Positions 15,201-27,200 of a DNA stretch of 64,000 bases are shown here, one piece after another. Each line of letters opens with the position of its first letter. Position 1 is the first letter of the stretch. The position numbers and the translations under genes were made by a program. Source of the stretch: Macrostomum lignano (lineage: Eukaryota). The notes under the pieces were generated by a model that had not been told where the DNA came from, searched no databases, and worked only from the letters and a program-made list of their open reading frames with translations. Where the stretch lies: the NCBI GenBank assembly GCA_002269645.1, contig NIVC01002566.1, positions 62,001 to 126,000 on the forward strand, written 5' to 3'.

Positions 15201-18200
15201 AAGAATCCAGTACTTATCCAGTACTGATAAGAATCCATAGAATACTGATAAGAATCATGGAATACTGATAAGAATCCATAGAATACTGATAAGAATTCAT
15301 GGAATACTGATAAGAATCCGTGGAATACTGATAAGAATCCATAGAATACTGATAAGAATCCATGGAATACTGATAAGAATCCATAGAATACTGATAAGAA
15401 TCCATGGAATACTGATAAGAATCCATGGAATACTGATAAGAATCCATAGAATACTGATAAGAATCCAGTACTTATCCAGTACTGATAAGAATCCATAGAA
15501 TACTGATAAGAATCCATAAATACTGATAAGAATTCATGGAATACTGATAAGAATCCATGAATACTGATAAGAATCCATAGAATACTGATAAGAATCCATG
15601 GAATACTGATAAGAATCCATAGAATACTGATAAGAATCCATAGAATACTGATAAGAATCCAGTACTTATCCAGTACTGATAAGAATCCATAGAATACTGA
15701 TAAGAATCCATGGAATACTGATAAGAATCCAGAGAATACTGATAAGAATCCATGGAATACTGATAAGAATCCATAGAATACTGATAATAATCCATGAGTA
15801 CAGATAAGAATCCATGGAATACTGATAAGAATCCATGGAATACTGATAAGAGTCCATGGAATACTGATAAGAATCCATGGAATACTGATAAGAATCCATA
15901 GAATACTGATAAGAATTCATGGAATACTGATAAGAATTCATGGAATACTGATAAGAATCCATGGAATACTGATAAGAATCCATGGAATACTGATAAGAAT
16001 CCATGGAATACTGATAAGAATCCATGGAATACTGATAAGAATCCATAGAATACTGATAAGAATCCAGTACTTATCCAGTAACTGATAAGAATCCATAGAA
16101 TACTGATAAGAATTCATGGAATACTGATAAGAATCCATAGAATACTGATAAGAATTCATGGAATACTGATAAGAATCCGTGAATACTGATAAGAATCCAT
16201 AGAATACTGATAAGAATTCATGGAATACTGATAAGAATCCGTGGAATACTGATAAGAATCCATAGAATACTGATAAGAATTCATGGAATACTGATAAGAA
16301 TCCATAGAATACTGATAAGAATTCATGGAATACTGATAATAATCCATAGAATACTGATAAGAATCCATGGAATACTGATAAGAATCCATGGAATACTGAT
16401 AAGAATCCAGAGAATACTGATAAGAATCCATAGAATACTGATAAGAATTCATGGAATACTGATAAGAATCCGTGGAATACTGATAAGAATCCATAGAATA
16501 CTGATAAGAATCCATGGAATACTGATAAGAATCCATAGAATACTGATAAGAATCCATAGAATACTGATAAGAATCCAGTACTTATCCAGTACTGATAAGA
16601 ATCCATAGAATACTGATAAGAATCCATGGAATACTGATAAGAATCCAGAGAATACTGATAAGAATCCATGGAATACTGATAAGAATCCATAGAATACTGA
16701 TAATAATCCATGAGTACAGATAAGAATCCATGGAATACTGATAAGAATCCATGGAATACTGATAAGAGTCCATGGAATACTGATAAGAATCCATGGAATA
16801 CTGATAAGAATCCATAGAATACTGATAAGAATTCATGGAATACTGATAAGAATCCGTGAATACTGATAAGAATCCATAGAATACTGATAAGAATCCATGG
16901 AATACTGATAAGAATCCATGAATACTGATAAGAATCCATAGAATACTGATAAGAATCCATGAATACTGATAAGAATCCATGGAATACTGATAAGAATCCA
17001 TGAATACTGATAAGAATCCATAGAATACTGATAAGAATCCAGTACTTATCCATACTGATAAGAATCCATAGAATACTGATAAGAATTCATGGAATACTGA
17101 TAAGAATCCATAGAATACTGATAAGAATTCATGGAATACTGATAAGAATCCGTGGAATACTGATAAGAATCCATAGAATACTGATAAGAATTCATGGAAT
17201 ACTGATAAGAATCCATGGAATACTGATAAGAATCCATAGAATACTGATAAGAATCATGGAATACTGATAAGAATCCATAGAATACTGATAAGAATCATGG
17301 AATACTGATAAGAATCCATAGAATACTGATAAGAATCCATGGAATACTGATAAGAATCCATGGAATACTGATAAGAATCCATAGAATACTGATAAGAATC
17401 CATGGAATACTGATAAGAATCCATGGAATACTGATAAGAATCCATAGAATACTGATAAGAATCCATGGAATACTGATAAGAATCCATAGAATACTGATAA
17501 GAATCCATGGAATACTGATAAGAATCCAGTACTTATCCAGTACTGATAAGAATCCATAGAATACTGATAAGAATCCATGGAATACTGATAAGAATCCATG
17601 AGAATACTGATAAGAATCCATGGAATACTGATAAGAATCCATGAATACTGATAAGAATCCATGAATACTGATAAGAATCCATGGAATACTGATAAAATCC
17701 ATGGAATACTGATAAGAATCCATGGAATACTGATAAGAATCCATGGAATACTGATAAGAATCCATAGAATACTGATAAGAATTCATGGAATACTGATAAG
17801 AATCCATGGAATACTGATAAGAATTCATGGAATACTGATAAGAATCCATAGAATACTGATAAGAATTCATGGAATACTGATAAGAATCCATAGAATACTG
17901 ATAAGAATTCATGGAATACTGATAAGAATCCATAGAATACTGATAAGAATCCATGTACTTATCCAGTAACTGATAAGAATCCATAGAATACTGATAAGAA
18001 TTCATGGAATACTGATAAGAATCCATAGAATACTGATAAGAATCATGGAATACTGATAAGAATCCATGGAATACTGATAAGAATCCATAGAATACTGATA
18101 AGAATCCATGGAATACTGATAAGAATCCATAGAATACTGATAAGAATCCATAATACTGATAAGAATCCATGGAATACTGATAAGAATCCATAGAATACTG

Positions 18201-21200
18201 ATAAGAATCCATACTTAAGTACTGATAAGAATCCATAGAATACTGATAAGAATCCATAAATACTGATAAGAATCCATGGAATACTGATAAGAATCCAGTG
18301 GAATACTGATAAGAATCCATAGAATACTGATAAGAATCCATGGAATACTGATAAGAATCCATAGAATACTGATAAGAATCCATGAATACTGATAAGAATC
18401 CAGTACTTATCCAGTACTGATAAGAATCCATAGAATACTGATAAGAATCCATGGAATACTGATAAGAATCCAGAGAATACTGATAAGAATCCATGGAATA
18501 CTGATAAGAATCCATAGAATACTGATAATAATCCATGAGTACAGATAAGAATCCATGGAATACTGATAAGAATCCATGGAATACTGATAAGAATCCATGG
18601 AATACTGATAAGAATCCATGGAATACTGATAAGAATCCATAGAATACTGATAAGAATTCATGGAATACTGATAAGAATTCATGGAATACTGATAAGAATC
18701 CATGAATACTGATAAGAATCCATGGAATACTGATAAGAATCCATGGAATACTGATAAGAATCCATGGAATACTGATAAGAATCCATAGAATACTGATAAG
18801 AATCCAGTACTTATCCAGTAACTGATAAGAATCCATAGAATACTGATAAGAATCATGGAATACTGATAAGAATCCATAGAATACTGATAAGAATTCATGG
18901 AATACTGATAAGAATCCATGAATACTGATAAGAATCCATAGAATACTGATAAGAATTCATGGAATACTGATAAGAATCCGTGGAATACTGATAAGAATCC
19001 ATAGAATACTGATAAGAATTCATGGAATACTGATAAGAATCCATAGAATACTGATAAGAATTCATGGAATACTGATAAGAATCCATAGAATACTGATAAG
19101 AATCCATGGAATACTGATAAGAATCCATGGAATACTGATAAGAATCCAGAGAATACTGATAAGAATCCATAGAATACTGATAAGAATCATGGAATACTGA
19201 TAAGAATCCATGGAATACTGATAAGAATCCATAGAATACTGATAAGAATCCATGGAATACTGATAAGAATCCATAGAATACTGATAAGAATCCATAGAAT
19301 ACTGATAAGAATCCAGTACTTATCCAGTACTTGATAAGAATCCATAGAATACTGATAAGAATCCATGGAATACTGATAAGAATCCAGAGAATACTGATAA
19401 GAATCCATGGAATACTGATAAGAATCCATAGAATACTGATAATAATCCATGAGTACAGATAAGAATCCATGGAATACTGATAAGAATCCATGGAATACTG
19501 ATAAGAGTCCATGGAATACTGATAAGAATCCATGGAATACTGATAAGAATCCATAGAATACTGATAAGAATCATGGAATACTGATAAGAATCCATGGAAT
19601 ACTGATAAGAATCCATAGAATACTGATAAGAGTCCATGGAATACTGATAAGAATCCATAGAATACTGATAATAATCCATAGAATACTGATAAGAATCCAT
19701 GGAATACTGATAAGAATCCATGGAATACTGATAAGAATCCATGGAATACTGATAAGAATCCATAGAATACTGATAAGAATCCAGTACTTATCCAGTAACT
19801 TGATAAGAATCCATAGAATACTGATAAGAATTCATGGAATACTGATAAGAATCCATAGAATACTGATAAGAATTCATGGAATACTGATAAGAATCCATGG
19901 AATACTGATAAGAATCCATAGAATACTGATAAGAATTCATGGAATACTGATAAGAATCCATGGAATACTGATAAGAATCCATAGAATACTGATAAGAATT
20001 CATAGAATACTGATAAGAATCCATAGAATACTGATAAGAATCATGGAATACTGATAAGAATCCATAGAATACTGATAGAATCCATGGAATACTGATAAGA
20101 ATCCATGGAATACTGATAAGAATCCATAGAATACTGATAAGAATCCATGGAATACTGATAAGAATCCATGGAATACTGATAAGAATCCATAGAATACTGA
20201 TAAGAATCCATGGAATACTGATAAGAATCCATGGAATACTGATAAGAATCCATAGAATACTGATAAGAATCCATGGAATACTGATAAGAATCCAGTACTT
20301 ATCCAGTACTGATAAGAATCCATAGAATACTGATAAGAATCCATGGAATACTGATAAGAATCCAGAGAATACTGATAAGAATCCATGAATACTGATAAGA
20401 ATCCATAGAATACTGATAATAATCCATGAGTACTGATAAGAATCCATGGAATACTGATAAAATCCATGGAATACTGATAAGAATCCATAGAATACTGATA
20501 AGAATCCATGGAATACTGATAAGAATCCATAGAATACTGATAAGAATTCCATGAATACTGATAAGAATCCATGAATACTGATAAGAATCCATAGAATACT
20601 GATAAGAATCCATGAATACTGATAAGAATCCATAGAATACTGATAAGAATCCATAGAATACTGATAAGAATCCATAGAATACTGATAAGAATCCATAGAA
20701 TACTGATAAGAATCCATAGAATACTGATAAGAATCCATAGAATACTGATAAGAATTCATGGAATACTGATAAGAATTCATGGAATACAGATAAGAATTCA
20801 TGGAATACTGATAAGAATCCATGGAATACTGATAAGAATCCGTGGAATACTGATAAGAATCCATAGAATACTGATAAGAATCCATAGAATACTGATAAGA
20901 ATTCATGGAATACTGATAAGAATTCATGGAATACTGATAAGAATTCATGGAATACTGATAAGAATCCATAGAATACTGATAAGAATCCGTGGAATACTGA
21001 TAAGAATCCATAGAATACTGATAAGAATCCATGGAATACTGATAAGAATCCATGGAATACTGATAAGAATCCATAGAATACTGATAAGAATCCATAGAAT
21101 ACTGATAAGAATCCATAGAATACTGATAAGAATCCATAGAATACTGATAAGAATTCATGGAATACTGATAAGAATTCATGGAATACAGATAAGAATTCAT

Positions 21201-24200
21201 GGAATACAGATAATGGGAAAATTCTGCAACAAGCAGCCGCTCTGTTCTCACCGATCGTGCGCCATTCCATATGCAGGCAACAAGTACGCCAACTGCACTC
21301 CGCTGCAAATGGCCATCGGCAAGGGCCAGATGGAGATTGTCAAAATGCTATTGGATGCCGGTGCTAATTTGTTCGCTAATATGGACAGCATGGGTGAGTT
21401 TCGGTAAATTATTAATCCATAAGAAGATTCTTACTTCTTATTTGGTGTCTTGTCACTCCCAATTTCTGAATAGTGAACTGTTGCGTGTCTTGCCACTCTA
21501 CCTGACTATATTGTCACTTTTTATCTGACTATATTGTCACTTTTTATCTGACTATATTGTCACTTTTTATCTGACTGTATTGTCACTCTTTATCTGACTA
21601 TATTGTCACTCTTTATCTGATTATATTGTCACTCTTTATCTGACTGTCTTGTCACTCTTTATCTGACTATATTGTCACTCTTTATCTGACTGTCTTGTCA
21701 CTCTTTATCTGACTGTCTTGTCACTCTTTATAGGTCCCGACCAGACCGAGTTCAGCGTCTCCTGCCTGCACACTGCCGTGGTGATGGACCACGCGGGCAT
21801 CGGGCAGCTGCTGCTTGACCGCGGCGTCGATGTCAACGTGTGCACGTCGTCGGGCTTGACTCCGTTGCACTACGCAGCCAGCTGGGGTCACGACGCTTTC
21901 GCCAAGCTGCTGCTGAGCCGGGGCGCCACCGTGGACGCTGTCGGCGAACAGTTTATGGCTACGCCTTTGATCTATGCCGCCAGGCGGGACAAGCACACCA
22001 CTATGCGGCTGCTGCTGGAGCACGGAGCAAATCCTAATCATCAGGATAAGCAGGTGAGATCATTGCACCTTGTGTGAGCGCTTGTGTATCAGTGCGTGCA
22101 TATATAAGGTGGATATGGGGTAGTTTCACAGGTAGATATCAGGTAGTTTCACAGGTAGATATCAGGTAGTTTCACAGGTAGATATCAAGTAGTTTCACAG
22201 GTAGATATCAGGGAGTTTCACGGGTAGATATCAGGTAGTTTCACGGGTAGATATCGGGTAGTTTCACAGGTAGATATCAGGTAGTTTCTTAGGTAGATAT
22301 CAGGTAGTTTCACGGGTAGATATCAGGTAGTTTCTTAGGTAGATATCAGGTAGTTTCACGGGTAGATATCAGGTAGTTTCACAGGTAGATATCAGGTAGT
22401 TTCACGGATAGATATCAGGTAGTTTCTTAGGTAGATATCAGGTAGTTTCACGGGTAGATATCAGGTAGTTTCTTAGGTAGATATCAGGTAGTTTCACGGG
22501 TAGATATCAGGTAGTTTCACGGGTAGATATCAGGTAGTTTCACAGGTAGATATCAGGTAGTTTCACAGGTAGATATCGGATAGTTAGGCAGGCAGATATA
22601 GGGTAGTTAGGCAGGTAGATTTCAGGTAGTTTCGCAGGTAGATATCTGGTAGTTTCACAGGTAGATATCAGGTAGTTAGGCAGGTAGATATTGGGTAGTT
22701 AGGCAGGCAGATATAAGGTAGTTAGGCAGGTAGATATCGAGTAGTTAGGCAGGCAGATGTAGGGTAGTTTTGCAGGTAGTTTCACGGGTTCAGTAGTCAG
22801 CTAATTTTACAGATAGATGCACCATAAAAAACTGTCAATGCAGGGTTACACAGCGCTTCACTGGTGTCTGACATTCAACCACGTGGACTCGTTAGACGTT
22901 TTGTTAAACTGCGGTCGCAAATTGGACGTCAATTTGATTAGTCAGAAAGTTGATCACAGACGCGGTGTCACTGCTCTGGTTCTGGGTCTGGAGTACTGCT
23001 CAGCTAAAGTGGTCGAACGCCTGTTGGAGATGGGCTCAGACCCCAATGTGATCTTCGACGCCAATGAGATGACTTTGACGCCGATTTTCCTCTGCGCCGA
23101 GTTTGGATGCGTCGACAAATTGCAGCTGTTGATCAAGTATGGCGCCGACTTGAATAGGTGAGTTTGACCTTGCATACGTGGCTTGGAGTGACGGAATGAT
23201 AAGCTAGTTCTCCCGGAGATAAAATAAATGGTGAGAGTGACAAGATGAGTGATTCTGGAGTGAAAGGATAAGTGATGCTGGAGTGACAATATGAGTGATT
23301 CTGGAGTGAAAGGATAAGTGATGCTGGAGTGACAATATGAGTGATTCTGGAGTGAAAGGATAAGTGATGCTGGAGTGACAATATGAGTGATGCCGGAGTG
23401 ACAATATGAGTGATGCCGGAGTGACAATATGAGTGATGCCGGAGTGACAATATGAGTGATGCCGGAGTGAAAATATGAGTGATGCCGGAGTGACAATATG
23501 AGTGATGCCGGAGTGACAATATGAGTAATGCTGGAGTGACAAAATGAGTGATACTGGAGTGACAATATGAGTGATGCCGGAGTGACAGGATGAGTGATGC
23601 CGGAGTGACAATATGAGTGATGCCGGAGTGACAATATGAGTAATGCCGGAGTGACTAAATGAGTGATGCCGGAGTGACAGGATGAGTGATGCCGGAGTGA
23701 CATATGAGTGATGCCGGAGTGACAGGATGAGTGATGTCGGAGTGACATATGAGTGATGCCGGAGTGACAGGATGAGTGATGCCGGAGTGACAATATGAGT
23801 GATGCCGGAGTGACAATATGAGTAATGCCGGAGTGACTAAATGAGTGATGCTGGAGTGACAGGATGAGTGATGCCGGAGTGACATATGAGTGATGCCGGA
23901 GTGACAGGATGAGTGATGCCGGAGTGGCATATGAGTGATGCCGGAGTGACAGGATGAGTGATGTCGGAGTGACATATGAGTGATGCCGGAGTGACAGGAT
24001 GAGTGATGCCGGAGTGACAATATGAGTGATGCCGGAGTGACAATATGAGTAATGCCGGAGTGACTAAATGAGTGATGCTGGAGTGACAAGATGAGTGATG
24101 CCAAATTCACGGGATGAATAAAAGAGTGACAAGGTGAGGCAGTGAGTGAAAGGGAGACAGGATGAGTGACGAGAATGATCAGACGAGTGACAATGTCAGA

Positions 24201-27200
24201 GTGACAAACAACCACCCCCTCCTCGCAGAACGTCATCCCGCAAAGAGACGCCGTTACATTTCGCTTTGCGCTTCAAAAAAGTAGCGGCCGCCGAGCGTCT
24301 GATTCGAGCAGGTGCCGACCTGGAGACCCGGGCCAGCATTGGCAACGGCGAGCACCAGCAGGGTGTACACGTGGCCGCGCAGCTGGGCTTGAACAGCTGC
24401 ATCCGCCTGCTGGCAGAGTACGGCGCCAATGTCAATTCGACTATGACTTTGAAATGCGTCGAACGAGTGACGCCGTTGCATCTGGCAGCTTTGAACGACC
24501 TGTCGGAGACTGTCAAGATTCTTGTCATGCTTGGCGCCGATGTCAACTGTCAGCGTAGCGACACCTTCACGCCTTTGTTAACTGCCGTGACCAAGTCTAA
24601 CGTGTGCGCTGTCAAGTGTCTTGTTCGGGCTGGGGCCGACATTCACACTCGCTGCATTGTGTCCAGGAGCAAGGATGCCACCTGCCTGCACATCGCTGCC
24701 CAGGTAAGCTCACTGGCAGGTAGGGGGAGACAGGTTGACAGGTGAGAGTGAATATCGATTAGTTTGGCAGGTAGATATCGAGTAGTTTTGCAGGTAGATA
24801 TCGGGTAGTTTAGCAGGTAGATATCGGGTAGTTTTGCAGGTAGATATCGGGTAGTTTTGCAGGTAGATATCGGGTAGTTTTGCAGGTAGATATCGGGTAG
24901 TTTTGCAGGTAGATATCGGGTAGTTTTGCAGGTAGATATCGGGTAGTTTTGCAGGTAGATATCGGGTAGTTTTGCAGGTAGATATCGGGTAGTTTTGCAG
25001 GTAGATATCGGGTAGTTTTGCAGGTAGATATCGAGTAGTTTTGCAGGTAGATATCAGGTAGTTTCACGGATAGATATCAGGTAGTTTCTTAGGTAGATAT
25101 CAGGTAGTTTGGCAGGTAGATATCAGGTAGTTTAGCAGGTAGATATCGGGTAGTTTGGCAGTAGATATCGGGAGTTTGGCAGGTAGATATCAGGTAGATT
25201 TCAAGTAGTTTTGCAGGTAGATATCGGGTAGTTTAGCAGGTAGATATGAGGTAGTTTAGCAGGTAGATATCAGGTAGATTTCAAGTAGTTCTGCAGGTAG
25301 ATATCGGGTAGTTTAGCAGGTAGATATGAGGTAGTTTAGCAGGTAGATATCGGGTAGTTTGGCAGTAGATATCGGGAGTTTGGCAGGTAGATATCAGGTA
25401 GATATCAAGTAGTTTTGCAGGTAGATATCGGGTAGTTTAGCAGGTAGATATCGAGTAGTTTGGCAGTAGATATCGGGAGTTTGGCAGGTAGATATCATTT
25501 AGATATCAAGTAGTTTTGTAGGTAGATATCGGGTAGTTTGGCAGTAGATATCGGGAGTTAGGCAGGTAGATATCAGGTAGATATCAAGTAGTTTTTTAGG
25601 TAGATATCGGGTAGTTTCGTTTGCGTGCCTAAAGATTGGCAAAAAACAATTGGCTTTCATTGCAGGTCGGGAGCCTGGAAATCGTTGACCTGCTGCTAGA
25701 GCGGGGCGCTAACCCGCTGGCCCGGATGGTCACCGGGGACCGAGCCGGCATCCTTCCAGTCCACCTGGCCTCGGAGACCGGCCATCTGGACGTTATTAAG
25801 CGCTTCCTCGACATCGGCGTAGACGTGAACGCGCAGGAGGACTGCGGCCTGACCTGCCTGCACTACGCGGCCAACGGTGGCAAGGCGGACATCATTAAAC
25901 TGCTGCTTGAGAGGGGCGCCAGGGTGGATCTGAAGGCCGCCTATGATGACGGTGAGGCTTTTAAATTGTTTGGTTTTGGTAAAACTGGTTTGTAGTATAA
26001 TTATTACGGTATGGAGAGGATTAGGGTATGGAAGGGACTGAAGAGAGCGGTAGTATGATGGGGGAGAGCTGAAGTGTGATAGGGGAGAGCTGAAGTGTGA
26101 TAGGGGAGAGCTGAAGTGTGATAGGCGAGAGTGGAAGTATGATGGGAGAGAGCGGAAGTATGATAGGGGAAAGCGAAAGTATGATGGGAGAGAGCGGAAG
26201 TATGATAGGGGAAAGCGAAAGTATGATGGGGGAGAGCGGAAGCGTGATTGATGAAGTCGTAAGCATGATATGGGAAAATCGGAATCATGATAGGGGAAAG
26301 CGAAAGCATGATGGGGAAGGGCGGAAGCATGATGGGGGAGAGCGGAAGCATGATGGGGCAGAGCGGAAGCATGATGGGGGAGAGCGGAAGCATGATGGGG
26401 CAGAGCGGAAGCATGATGGGGGAGAGCGGAAGCATGATGGGGGAGAGCGGAAGCATGATGGGGGAGAGCGGAAGCATGATGGGGGAGAGCGGAAGCATGA
26501 TTGGGGAGAGCGGAAGCATGATGGGGGAGAGCGGAAGCATGATTGGGGAGAGCGGAAGCATGATTGGGGAGAGCGGAAGCATGATGGGGGAGAGCGGAAG
26601 CATAGTAATCTGAATCTGATATGGAACAGAGAATGGCAGAGAGAAACAAAGACCTGCAACAAAGACACAAGGAGTGAATTGTCTCACTCGCAGGCAATCG
26701 AGTCGACGTTCTGCCGCTGCACATGGCCTGCGAGAAGGGCAACGCCGAGTGCGCCCGGCTGCTGGTGGAGGCCGGCAGCCCTCTGGATGCCACCCTGTTC
26801 CGCAACAGACGCGGCAACATCACCCCACTGTACCTGGCCGTGGCGGAGAACAATCCCGAAGTTGTATCCGTTCTGCTAGCTGCCGGCTCCGATGTCAACA
26901 TTCAAGACGGCATCGGCGCCGCGCCGCTGCACATCTCCTGCCAGCGCGGCTATCACGACATCTTCTGCCAGCTGTTGTGCCATCCTAGCGTCAACGTGAA
27001 CATCGCCACATTCAACGGCGTCACCCCTATTCATATCGTGTCGGAGAAGGGCCACTTCGACATGGCCATGTGGCTGATCGCTCGCGGAGTGAATGTTAAT
27101 CCGTTGTGCCGGATTAAGGACGTGCACTCGGGCCAGATGTCTGAGGACATCATACCGTTGAATCAGGCGTGCGGCTTCGGCCATCTGCAGATTGTTAAAC

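Noticed and set aside
4711-21212. CRISPR-like appearance (regular repeats with periodic different units)
   Set aside because: No unique spacers, no cas genes, and a spliceosomal eukaryotic context.
4684-21308. Dozens of long ORFs (up to 704 aa: MDSYQYS, HGFLSVF, WILISIP, RIHGILI repeats), superficially like Tyr/Ser-rich eggshell proteins
   Set aside because: They are translations of a 21-bp unit that is stop-free in several frames. Frames switch at indels, variation is not synonymous-biased, and the array sits in a phase-consistent intron of the ankyrin gene.
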